Of a stretch of 64,000 bases of DNA, positions 41,310-49,830 are shown piece after piece (position 1 is the stretch's first letter; every line of letters begins with the position of its first letter). A program made the position numbers and the translations under genes. The stretch spans positions 1,414,756 through 1,478,755 of the forward strand of contig CAVVHT010000009.1 of NCBI GenBank assembly GCA_963748235.1, given 5' to 3'. A model generated the notes under the pieces. The model made no database searches. It saw nothing but the letters and a program-made list of their open reading frames with translations, and was not told the DNA's origin. This DNA is from an uncultured Chloroflexia bacterium (GTDB taxonomy: Bacteria; Chloroflexota; Limnocylindria; Limnocylindrales; CSP1-4).

Positions 41310-43661
41310 TCAGTGCTCCTCCGGCCAGAGAGGTGGCTCAGGCGGCGATGCCGGCCCTGAGTTCTTGGCCGCGGCCGCTGCCGGCTCGGCCGTCGCAGAC
41401 TTGCCCCGGCCATGGCCGTTGGCGGGTCGCGCCGCAGCCGCGGCGGCCGGCGCCGCCGGCAGTGTCGAGCTTGACCACATCGACATCGGCTCGGCCGTGG
41501 CCGTCGAAGGAATCGGTTCGGGCTCATCGCGCTCATCCGGGCCGGGCAGGACGACGACCTTGTCGGCCAGCTTGTCGAACCGGTCAGAGCAGGTCAGCAG
41601 GATCACCTGGAACTCGGTGGCGATTTCCTTGAGCAGCTGGATCGCGCGCGTGGCCCGCTCATCGTCGAAGGTAACGAAGGGATCGTCGAGCACGATCGGC
41701 GGGTTGGCGTCCTCGACAACCTGGCGGACGATGCCGAGCCGCGCGCACAGGTAGAGCTGGTCGAGCGTGCCCTGTGACAGGCGCCGCGCGTCAACCCATT
41801 CGTCGAGCTCGGGCGAGTAGAGCGAGAACGTCAGCGTCGTCTCGTCGACCTTGAGCCGCCGATAGCGACCGCCGGTGATGCGCTCGATATCGCGCGCCAT
41901 GCGCTGCTCGAGGAAGCGGGCGGCCTTCTTCATCGTGCCGCTCTCGGCCTTGTTGAGGGCGCCGAGGACCTCTTCGTAGATGCGCACGCGGCGCTCGGCC
42001 GCGGCGAGCGACTCCTCGGCCGCGGTCAGGGCCTCGCTGTCGGCGGCGACCTTCTCGGCATCGATGTCGTTGCTCTCGAGACGGGCGCCCGCCTGGGCCT
42101 CGCTCTGCATTGCCGCGTCCCGTTCGGGTCCGAGCCGCTGCACGGCCCGCTGGTAGGCGAGCAGGTGTCGCTGTGGCTCGCGGCCGAGCTCGCCCATGCC
42201 GGCCAATGTGTGGCGGCACTCGTCAGCCTCGGCGGCTGCGGCATCGCGCAACGCGGCGACATCCTCGGAGGGCGGCTCGTCGCCCATCATGCCGCGGTAC
42301 TCACCCTGCCGGGTCGCGATCAGCGACGTGTGCTCTGTCTCCGCGGCGACGAGCGCCTCGGCACCGGCCAGGTCCGATCGACCGAGCGGCGCCACTGCCT
42401 CGGCACGTTCCTGCTCGCCCTGGCGGACGCGCTCGGCGAGATCGGTTCGGCCCGCCAGCCGGCGCGCGATCTCGAATTCACGCAACTCGTTCTGCAGCTT
42501 GATGTCACTCAGCCGACGTCGCTGGCGGGCCATCTCGTACAGCGCGAGTCCGCCACCAACTGCCATTGCCGCGCCGAGCACGATCCCCATCAGGCCGAGG
42601 CCGCCGATCACGCCCACCGCGGCGATGCCGAGGCCGCCGATCAGCAGAACCAGGCCGAGCAGTAGCCACGGCTGCCATTTCGGCGTCGGAATGTCGACGT
42701 CGTAGCCCGACAGGTCGGGCTCGGCGGCCAGCTCGGCGCGCAGCTCGGACAGCTTGAACTCGAGGTCGCGCAGGTGCTCGACAGTCTTGCGCAGCTCGGG
42801 CAGGGCGACCGGTGACGGGTGGCCGGCCTCGAGCCGGCTGATCTCATCGCGCAGCTCGACCGCGCGCTTGTAGTGCAGGTAGCGCCGATTGGCATCGGCC
42901 TCCTTGATCGCCAGCGCCGATGCTCGCTCCGCTTTGACAGCGCCGCCCTGCTGTTCCACCAGCTGGGTCTCGAGCTTGGCGCGTGATGCCCGAGCATCGG
43001 CGAGCTGGGTTCGGTCCGCCTCGAGCTGAGCCAGTGCCTGCTCGCCGGCCGCGACCTGCGCGCGCAACCGCTCGACGTCGGTCCGATGAACCTTGAGGTA
43101 GCCGGGGTTCTTCTGGCCCTCCGTCCGGTAGCGTCGGATGGCCTCTTCGAGCTTGCGCCGCGCAGCGTGCGTGCCCCGATCGGCGCCGCTCATCGACTGC
43201 TGCAGCCGGTCACGGAGCGTGTTCTCGTCCTGGCTCAGGCCAGCCAGCTCCTGCTGGTGGATGCTCGCCGTGGCGCGGAAGAACTTCTCTGATGGCAGGC
43301 CGGTCAGCTGCGCGATGCGCTGTTCGACGGCCGCCGGATCGGTCAGCTTCTCGTCACCGATGGTCAGCTCGACGGTGCCCTTCGAGCCGGCGAACTCCTT
43401 GCGCAGCGAACCGTTCGTGCCCTCCTCCTCGAAGTCGATGTGGACCGAGGCCTCGGATTCGTCCGCGCCCCACGGGCGCAGCTCGTCGAGTTCCTGCGAG
43501 GCGAAGTTAGGGCGCCGGAAGAGGACCATCTCGAGCGCTCGCTGGGTGGTTGACTTGCCCAATTCGTTCGGGCCGCGAACGACGTTCAGGCCGGGCGCGA
43601 GCTCGAGATCCAACTCGCGATGGCGCTTGAAGTTGTCGAGGCGCAGTCGAGTGATGTTCAT
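41310..43661 (-). CDS. SbcC/Rad50-like AAA ATPase of the YhaN (SbcE) type, with a central two-helix membrane hairpin
   Basis: Walker A 'GPNELGKST', long coiled coils, TM segment residues ~331-375 ('WLLLGLVLLIGGLGIAAVGVIGGLGLMGIVLGAAMAVGGGLAL'), signature 'LSQGTLDQLYLCARLG', Walker B 'PIVLDDPF'. Confidence 0.8.
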   Translation of the reverse strand: MNITRLRLDNFKRHRELDLELAPGLNVVRGPNELGKSTTQRALEMVLFRRPNFASQELDELRPWGADESEASVHIDFEEEGTNGSLRKEFAGSKGTVELTIGDEKLTDPAAVEQRIAQLTGLPSEKFFRATASIHQQELAGLSQDENTLRDRLQQSMSGADRGTHAARRKLEEAIRRYRTEGQKNPGYLKVHRTDVERLRAQVAAGEQALAQLEADRTQLADARASRAKLETQLVEQQGGAVKAERASALAIKEADANRRYLHYKRAVELRDEISRLEAGHPSPVALPELRKTVEHLRDLEFKLSELRAELAAEPDLSGYDVDIPTPKWQPWLLLGLVLLIGGLGIAAVGVIGGLGLMGIVLGAAMAVGGGLALYEMARQRRRLSDIKLQNELREFEIARRLAGRTDLAERVRQGEQERAEAVAPLGRSDLAGAEALVAAETEHTSLIATRQGEYRGMMGDEPPSEDVAALRDAAAAEADECRHTLAGMGELGREPQRHLLAYQRAVQRLGPERDAAMQSEAQAGARLESNDIDAEKVAADSEALTAAEESLAAAERRVRIYEEVLGALNKAESGTMKKAARFLEQRMARDIERITGGRYRRLKVDETTLTFSLYSPELDEWVDARRLSQGTLDQLYLCARLGIVRQVVEDANPPIVLDDPFVTFDDERATRAIQLLKEIATEFQVILLTCSDRFDKLADKVVVLPGPDERDEPEPIPSTATAEPMSMWSSSTLPAAPAAAAAARPANGHGRGKSATAEPAAAAAKNSGPASPPEPPLWPEEH

Positions 43662-43662
43662 G

Positions 43663-44829
43663 TCAGGCGAGCGTCACACGCTGAGCGTCGTCGAGCAGCA
43701 ACAGGCCGAGGCGCAGCGCCTCGCGCAGCTCCGCGGCCCGCTCGTTCTCGCCGCGGGCCTCAAGTTCGGCAATGCGGCCGTGCAGGTCGCGCGCCATCGC
43801 GCCTACGATCGTGTCGGCTGGCGCGTCGAAGTCCTCGGGCAGTGGCGCGACAGACACGTCGCGCAGCCGGATGCGCAGGAACGAGCTGGACAGCTGGCGT
43901 TCGAGCTCATCGACGTTGAGGTCGAGCGCGGCCGGCCGGACGCCGATCACGCGCACGTCGATCACTCGGTCTGGATCAGCCTGCTCGCGCAGCGACTTTT
44001 CCAGCTCGGCCTGTGAAGTCAGGGTCGAGGCGTCGACCTCAACTTTCCGGAAGTGGCTGCGGCCGACCTGACGCGGCTCGATCGTCACCTGGCGCTGGCC
44101 GTTGCGCTCTTCGAGATTGACCAGCACGACCTGGCCGGCGCCGTCCTGGTCGAGCGCAACGAGATCGGGAGCGCCGGCGTACGCCCACGCCACACCGTTC
44201 GTACGGCCCTCGCGGAACGAGTGCCAGTGCCCGAGAGCGAGGTAGTCAAGACCGCTGGCGCCGACCTCGGCGTCGGTGAACGAAACCTCGTCCTGGTCGA
44301 ACCGCCCGGGCGCCGCGAATGAGCCGTGGACCATGCCCACCTTCCACTTGCCAGTAGCGCCGTCGGCCATGCCCAACAGCGGGCTCTGCGGCGCGCGCTT
44401 GGTTGGAAACACCTTGGCCACGACCGACATCCCGAGGTGGTCGAAATCGACCCGCGGCCGGCTGTCGGTCAGCACTGTCAGCAGATCGCTGCCTGCCGGC
44501 GCGCCGGCCATCTGGGCCAGGTCGAAGATGCGATAGATCGACCCTGCCTCGTAGCAATCGTGCGTACCCGGGATGATGACCACCGGGATCTGACGCGCAA
44601 CGGCCTTGCCAAGCTCAGTCGCGGCGCGCTCCACGGAGCGGCGCGGCTGACTGTTCGAGTCGAACAGGTCGCCACAGATCAGCACCGCGTCGACCTTTTC
44701 GGCAATGGCCAGATCGATCGCCTTCTGGAACGCCGTGAACTGGCGCTCTCGTTGCGCGGCGGCAGCCGAGCCCATGTCGTCGTGGCGTGCCCCAAGGTGC
44801 ACATCGGCCATCTGCAAAAGACGAGGCAT
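43663..44829 (-). CDS. SbcD/Mre11-like metallophosphoesterase (YhaO/SbcF type DNA repair exonuclease)
   Basis: ATG 44829 inside track ORF 43663..44988. 'MADVHLG', 'CGDLFD', 'IPGTHD', 'GHWH'. The stop lies 1 nt before the ATPase ATG. Confidence 0.85.
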   Translation of the reverse strand: MPRLLQMADVHLGARHDDMGSAAAAQRERQFTAFQKAIDLAIAEKVDAVLICGDLFDSNSQPRRSVERAATELGKAVARQIPVVIIPGTHDCYEAGSIYRIFDLAQMAGAPAGSDLLTVLTDSRPRVDFDHLGMSVVAKVFPTKRAPQSPLLGMADGATGKWKVGMVHGSFAAPGRFDQDEVSFTDAEVGASGLDYLALGHWHSFREGRTNGVAWAYAGAPDLVALDQDGAGQVVLVNLEERNGQRQVTIEPRQVGRSHFRKVEVDASTLTSQAELEKSLREQADPDRVIDVRVIGVRPAALDLNVDELERQLSSSFLRIRLRDVSVAPLPEDFDAPADTIVGAMARDLHGRIAELEARGENERAAELREALRLGLLLLDDAQRVTLA

Positions 44830-45146
44830 GAGTCGGATCCATCTCCCGGAAACTGTTGACGCGGCGCGCCACCCCAATAATGCCATCCGGCGGTCAGGTG
44901 TTGACCATAGGACGGAAGGCCTACGCGGGTCGCGGTCGGCGGCCGAATCTCGTCGCCCTTTTGCGCACGGTGCTAGGCTTTTGGCCATTACCGGTGCGCC
45001 CCAGTTCAGGGACCTCGGCAGAGCACCTGGTTCGCGCGGCGCCCGGCGTTGTTAGTCCCGACGCCACGTCCCACCCGCTCTGGCCGACCACCTGTGACCA
45101 GCATCGGCAGGTACGTCTTCTATTTCTGACCAGGAGGTCCAGGCTG

Positions 45147-45488
45147 GTGTCCTACACAGATCGAACCGTGACGTGCGCCGATTGCGGCGTGGAGTTCATC
45201 CACTCCGCCGCCGACCAGGAGTTCTACGCGCAGAAGGGGTTCGCATCCGATCCGAAACGCTGCCCGAGCTGTCGCGCCTCGCGCCGAGCGATGCGCGACA
45301 CGAGCGGTTTCGACGTCCGCGAGATCGGCGGCCCGCGCGGCTACGAGCGCGGCGACTACCGACCGGCGCGCGAATACTTCGCGGTCATCTGCTCCAAGTG
45401 CGGAAACGCCGCCCAGGTGCCGTTCAAGCCGCGCATGGACCGACCGGTCTACTGCTCCGATTGCTTCCGCGACGTCCAGGCCAGCTGA
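45147..45488 (+). CDS. Double CxxC zinc-ribbon protein (CxxC-x17-CxxC type)
   Basis: AGGAGG RBS then GTG 45147. 'CADCGVEFIHSAADQEFYAQKGFASDPKRCPSCR' and 'CSKCGNAAQVPFKPRMDRPVYCSDCF'. Confidence 0.7.
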   Translation: MSYTDRTVTCADCGVEFIHSAADQEFYAQKGFASDPKRCPSCRASRRAMRDTSGFDVREIGGPRGYERGDYRPAREYFAVICSKCGNAAQVPFKPRMDRPVYCSDCFRDVQAS

Positions 45489-45541
45489 CACCTGCGCAGG
45501 ACTAGACTCTCGGTTCGAGCCACCGAGGAGACGCCTGCCCA

Positions 45542-47122
45542 ATGACTGAGACGATGGAGCGGCCGCGGCTGAAGATCACCTACGCGACGCTGCGCAACGA
45601 CAACGACGACCTGCACGCCGAGTTCGAGGAGGGTCTCAAACAGGCGCGCCAGATGCTCGGCAAAAGCCACCACAATTTCGTCGGCGGTTCTGAGCGCGAC
45701 GGCGAGGGCACGTTCGAAAAGCACTCGCCGATCGACGGATCGCTCATCGGCACCTTCGCCAAGGGCACGCGGATGGACGTCCAGGACGCGATCGCCGCGG
45801 CGCGCGCCGCCTTTCCCGCCTGGTCCGACCGGCCGTGGCAGGACCGCGTGGCAATCCTTCGTCGCGTGGCGGACATCATCAGCGAACGCCAGATGGTCTT
45901 CGCCGCGCTGCTCGCCATCGAAGTTGGCAAGAACCGGCTCGAGGCACTCGGCGACGTCGAGGAGACGGCCGACCTGATCCGCTGGTCGTGCGACATGGTC
46001 GAGCAGAACCAAGGCTTCGACCATCCGATGGGCAACCTCGGCGATCCGAGCGTCCACACCCGGTCGATCCTCAAGCCGTACGGGGTGTGGGCAATCATCA
46101 GCCCGTTCAACTTCCCGTTCGCGCTGAGCGGCGGACCGTCGGGCGGTGCCCTCGTGGCCGGCAACACCGTCGTATACAAGCCCTCGTCCGACGCTCCCCT
46201 GTCGGGCGTCTGTCTTGTCCAGGCGATGCGCGAGGGCGGCGTGCCCGATGGCGTCTTCAACATGGTCGCCGGGCCGGGTGAGACAGTCGGCGCCGAGCTG
46301 CAGGAGAACGAAGGCGTCGACGGCATCCTGTTCACCGGCTCGTTCGAGGTTGGCTTCGATCTCTATCGCCACTTCGCCAAGCAGTTCCCAAAGCCGGTCA
46401 TCGTCGAGATGGGCGGCAAGAACCCGGCGATCGTGACCAGGTCCGCCGATCTCGACAAGGCAGCCGAGGGCGTGATGCGCAGCGCGTTCGGCCTCAGCGG
46501 CCAGAAGTGCTCGGCGAACAGTCGGGTGTACGTCGAGCGCCCGGTCTACGACGAGTTCACGGAGCTGCTCGCCGACAAGGCCAAGGCGATCTCGGTCGGC
46601 GATCCGGTCGATCGCGAGAACTGGATGGGCCCCGTCATCAACCAGCGTGCATTGGCGCGCTACGAGGACGCAGTGGCGGAGGCCCGCCTCGACGGTCGCA
46701 TCGTTGCCGGCGGCGAGCGGCTGCTGGACGGCGGCCTCGACAAGGGCTATTTCGTTGCCCCGACCGTCGTGGCCGACCTGCCCACGGAACATCGACTGTT
46801 CCGGGATGAGCTGTTCCTGCCCTTCGTCGCGGTGGCGCCGGTTGACTCGGTCGACGAGGCGCTCGATCTGGCCAATGACAGCAACCTGGGCCTGACCGCC
46901 GGCATCTACACCGGTGACCAGGCCGAGATCGACAAGTTCCTGAAGCGCATCGAGGCCGGCGTCGTCTACGCCAACCGCCGCGCTGGCTCGACCACCGGCG
47001 CGTGGCCGGGTGTCCAGCCGTTCGGCGGATGGAAGGGCTCGACCGCGACGGGCAAGTCCGGCGGCGGCCTGTACTACGTCCAGCAGTTCATGCGCGAGCA
47101 ATCGCAGACGATCGTCGACTGA
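45542..47122 (+). CDS. pruA: Aldehyde dehydrogenase, probable L-glutamate gamma-semialdehyde (1-pyrroline-5-carboxylate) dehydrogenase
   Basis: 526 aa with 'VEMGGKNPAIV', 'FGLSGQKCSANSR' and 'FNFPFAL'. Length and N-terminal region resemble the RocA/PruA type. Confidence 0.75.
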   Translation: MTETMERPRLKITYATLRNDNDDLHAEFEEGLKQARQMLGKSHHNFVGGSERDGEGTFEKHSPIDGSLIGTFAKGTRMDVQDAIAAARAAFPAWSDRPWQDRVAILRRVADIISERQMVFAALLAIEVGKNRLEALGDVEETADLIRWSCDMVEQNQGFDHPMGNLGDPSVHTRSILKPYGVWAIISPFNFPFALSGGPSGGALVAGNTVVYKPSSDAPLSGVCLVQAMREGGVPDGVFNMVAGPGETVGAELQENEGVDGILFTGSFEVGFDLYRHFAKQFPKPVIVEMGGKNPAIVTRSADLDKAAEGVMRSAFGLSGQKCSANSRVYVERPVYDEFTELLADKAKAISVGDPVDRENWMGPVINQRALARYEDAVAEARLDGRIVAGGERLLDGGLDKGYFVAPTVVADLPTEHRLFRDELFLPFVAVAPVDSVDEALDLANDSNLGLTAGIYTGDQAEIDKFLKRIEAGVVYANRRAGSTTGAWPGVQPFGGWKGSTATGKSGGGLYYVQQFMREQSQTIVD

Positions 47123-47127
47123 CGAGT

Positions 47128-47147
47128 TGCACGCCGCGTGGCGTGCA
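47128..47147 (+). terminator. Perfect 8-bp stem / 4-nt loop hairpin 6 nt after the pruA stop (no U-tract)
   Basis: TGCACGCC-GCGT-GGCGTGCA, read directly. Confidence 0.35.
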
Positions 47148-47151
47148 GTAA

Positions 47152-47179
47152 CCTCCGCTCGTCGCTGACACAGCGGAGG
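47152..47179 (+). promoter_or_regulatory. Stem-loop pairing CCTCCGCT with AGCGGAGG, sequestering the capA Shine-Dalgarno
   Basis: 8-bp perfect stem (47152-47159 with 47172-47179) and a 12-nt loop. The 3' arm contains the GGAGG(G) that sits 4 nt before the capA TTG at 47185. Confidence 0.3.
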
Positions 47180-47184
47180 GACAC

Positions 47185-48390
47185 TTGAACGGCCTGGGGA
47201 ACGGCGTGCGCCTGATCGTGGCGCTGGCCCTGACCTTGCTGGTCGCGTGCACGGCAACGGCCGAGCCCGCGCCACTTACGGCGACGTCCACGACGGCGCC
47301 GCCGACGTCCGCTACTGCGTCGCCCCCGGACGGGCAACCGACAGTCACGTCAAGCCCGAGTTCGATCCCAGCGGTAAAGACGCCGACGGCCACGCCTGCA
47401 GCGTCCCCGCTGATGCCACCGGGCATGCCGGCCCCGACTGGCGGCCCTGCCCTGCCGGCCGATCCAACGCCGACGGATTCGCCGCCGACCGTCCGCTTGA
47501 TGGCGGTGGGCGACGTGATGCTCGCCCAGTCCATCGGCCGGCGCATCGTGCGCAAGGGTCCGCTCACGCCATGGAAGAAGGTGGTCCAGTACTTCGACCG
47601 GGCCGATCTCGTCGTCGCCAACCTCGAATGCACGATCTCGAACCGCGGCACGGCGTGGCCCAAGACATTTACCTTCCGCGCTCCGATCGCGGCGGCCGAC
47701 TCGCTCGTCGCGGCCGGCATCGACGTTGTCAGCCTGGCCAACAACCACGCCCTCGACTACGGCATACCAGCCTTCGAGGACACAATGGACCTGCTCGAGG
47801 CGCGCTCGATCGAGTACGCCGGTGGCGGCTCCAACAAGGCCGAGGCGCACTCGCCGCTGATCGTCGAGCAGAATGGCCTGACGATCGCGTTCCTGGGCTA
47901 CGTGATGCCCTTCTCGGGCCGGCCGGCATTCAACACCCGCCAATGGGCCGCCGAGGCCGACAAAACCGGCCTGGCCATCGGCACGCCAGAGGTCGTTGCC
48001 GCCGAGGTGACTGCCATTCGCGATGAGGTCGACGTCGTGATCGTCATGGTCCACGGCGGGACCGAGTATTCGCGCGGGCCGAACAGGAAGCAGCGCGAGT
48101 TCGCGGCGGCCGCGATGGGCGCCGGCGCGACGCTACTGATCGGCCATCACCCGCACGTGCTGCACGGCTACAAGCAGACGCAGACGACGCTGATCGCCTA
48201 CAGCATCGGCAACTTCGTCTTCGACTATTTCACGGGTCGCAAGAACGACACGGCGATCCTCGACGTGACTCTCTCTGCCGATGGCGTGGAGTCGTTTGAC
48301 TGGATCCCTATCCGCATCCGCAACGGTTTCCCGACACCGGCCATAGGCGACGAGATCCCGCGCATTTTGAGCCAGCTACCCGAGTACTGA
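47185..48390 (+). CDS. CapA/PgsA-family metallophosphatase-like lipoprotein
   Basis: Lipobox 'LLVAC', P/T linker, 'LMAVGDVMLAQS', 'VVANLECT', 'LANNHALDYG', 'VMVHGGTEY'. Confidence 0.8.
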   Translation: MNGLGNGVRLIVALALTLLVACTATAEPAPLTATSTTAPPTSATASPPDGQPTVTSSPSSIPAVKTPTATPAASPLMPPGMPAPTGGPALPADPTPTDSPPTVRLMAVGDVMLAQSIGRRIVRKGPLTPWKKVVQYFDRADLVVANLECTISNRGTAWPKTFTFRAPIAAADSLVAAGIDVVSLANNHALDYGIPAFEDTMDLLEARSIEYAGGGSNKAEAHSPLIVEQNGLTIAFLGYVMPFSGRPAFNTRQWAAEADKTGLAIGTPEVVAAEVTAIRDEVDVVIVMVHGGTEYSRGPNRKQREFAAAAMGAGATLLIGHHPHVLHGYKQTQTTLIAYSIGNFVFDYFTGRKNDTAILDVTLSADGVESFDWIPIRIRNGFPTPAIGDEIPRILSQLPEY

Positions 48391-48410
48391 CGTACACTTT
48401 GGCTCGTTTC

Positions 48411-48423
48411 ATGCAGACTGCAT
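48411..48423. promoter_or_regulatory. Perfect 13-bp palindrome ATGCAG-A-CTGCAT upstream of the aminotransferase gene (candidate operator)
   Basis: Read directly in the AT-richer 63-bp spacer. A third ATGCA half-site lies at 48431-48435. Confidence 0.3.
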
Positions 48424-48453
48424 CGTTTCTATGCAACGGATGAGGGAATAGAC

Positions 48454-49809
48454 GTGACCGAGCTGGCTGAGCGACCTGAAGTGCGGACCGTGCCCGATGT
48501 GCGCATGCCGCTGCCCGGCCCAAGGGCGCGTCAGCACGTCGCCTTCGATCATGAGTTCACCTCGCCCAGCCTGCCGCGCGCTTATCCGATCGTGCCCGTC
48601 CGCGGTAGCGGCGCGGCGGTCGAGGACATCGACGGCAACGTCTTCCTCGACTTCACCGCCGGCATCGCCGTCTCCGCGACGGGCTACGGCCACCCGCGGA
48701 TCACCGCCGCGCTCGAACGCCAGGCACGCGACCTGATCCACTTCAGCGCGTCTGACTTCTACCTGCCGGTGTACGCGCAGCTGGCGGCCAAGCTCGACGA
48801 GATCGCGCCGATGGACGGCCCGACACGCGCCTTCATCGGCAACTCGGGCACTGAGGCAATCGAGGCGGCGATCAAGCTCGCCCGCTTCCACACCCGGCGC
48901 CAGTACATCGTCGCCTTCGTGGGCGGTTTCCACGGCCGCAGCTACGGCTCTGTCTCACTGACCGCGTCGAAGGCGAAGTACCACGCCGGCTTCGGGCCGC
49001 TGCTGCCGGGAGTGCTGCACGTGCCGTTCAGCATGGCCGGTCTCGACGAGCTCGAGCAGCGCGTCTTCAAGCGCCTCATCCCGGCCGACGAGATCGCCGC
49101 CATCGTGGTCGAGCCGATCCAGGGCGAGGGCGGCTACATCATCCCCGAGCCCGACTTCCTGCCCCGTCTGCGCCGGATCTGCGACGACAACGGCATCCTG
49201 CTGGTCGCCGACGAGGTCCAATCGGGCGCCGGCCGGACGGGCAAGATGTGGGCCGTCGAGCACTGGGGCGTGCAGCCCGACATCATCGCCATCGCCAAGG
49301 GCATCGCGTCGGGCATGCCGCTCGGCGCGATGGTCTGCCGCGCCGAGCTGATGACCTGGTCGAAGGGCCACCACGGCTCGACGTTCGGCGGTAACGCGGT
49401 CAGCTGCGCCGTGGCGCTCGAGACGATCGCGCTGCTGGAGGAAGGGCTGATGGACAACGCCGCACAGCGCGGTGACCAGGCCATCGCCGCCCTGCGGCCA
49501 TTGCTCGCCGAGCACCCGAACCTCGTCCGCGACGTGCGCGGCAAGGGGCTGATGCTGGCCGTCCAGTTCGACTCGGGCGAGACAGCCGAGGCCGTGCAGT
49601 GGGCGTGCTTCCAGCGCGGCTTGCTTGTGCTCGAGGCCGGCGACGACGTCGTGCGCATGTCACCGCCGTTGATCATCGACAGCGACGAGGTCGCGACCGC
49701 CGTGCGCATCTTCGGCGAGGCGATCGACGCGGTCGCTGACGACCCGAAGCGGGCCTTCGAGCTGGCCGGCCGATGGGGAGCAACCGAAGAGGGTGAAGTC
49801 GACGGCTGA
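48454..49809 (+). CDS. Class-III PLP aminotransferase (4-aminobutyrate/omega-amino acid aminotransferase-like)
   Basis: 451 aa with 'NSGTEAIEAAIKLAR', 'DEVQSGAGRTGKMWA', 'AKGIASGMP' and 'HGSTFGGN'. Confidence 0.85.
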   Translation: MTELAERPEVRTVPDVRMPLPGPRARQHVAFDHEFTSPSLPRAYPIVPVRGSGAAVEDIDGNVFLDFTAGIAVSATGYGHPRITAALERQARDLIHFSASDFYLPVYAQLAAKLDEIAPMDGPTRAFIGNSGTEAIEAAIKLARFHTRRQYIVAFVGGFHGRSYGSVSLTASKAKYHAGFGPLLPGVLHVPFSMAGLDELEQRVFKRLIPADEIAAIVVEPIQGEGGYIIPEPDFLPRLRRICDDNGILLVADEVQSGAGRTGKMWAVEHWGVQPDIIAIAKGIASGMPLGAMVCRAELMTWSKGHHGSTFGGNAVSCAVALETIALLEEGLMDNAAQRGDQAIAALRPLLAEHPNLVRDVRGKGLMLAVQFDSGETAEAVQWACFQRGLLVLEAGDDVVRMSPPLIIDSDEVATAVRIFGEAIDAVADDPKRAFELAGRWGATEEGEVDG

Positions 49810-49830
49810 GACCGCGCGCCACCCAACTCC

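Noticed and set aside
41310-44829. The SMC-like ATPase plus nuclease pair as an anti-phage defence system (Lamassu/Wadjet/Gabija-like).
   Set aside because: The architecture (Mre11-type phosphoesterase plus a Rad50-like ATPase with Walker A, signature motif and Walker B) matches the housekeeping YhaO/YhaN repair pair. There are no additional defence-type effector or kleisin genes, and no mobile-element or island context.
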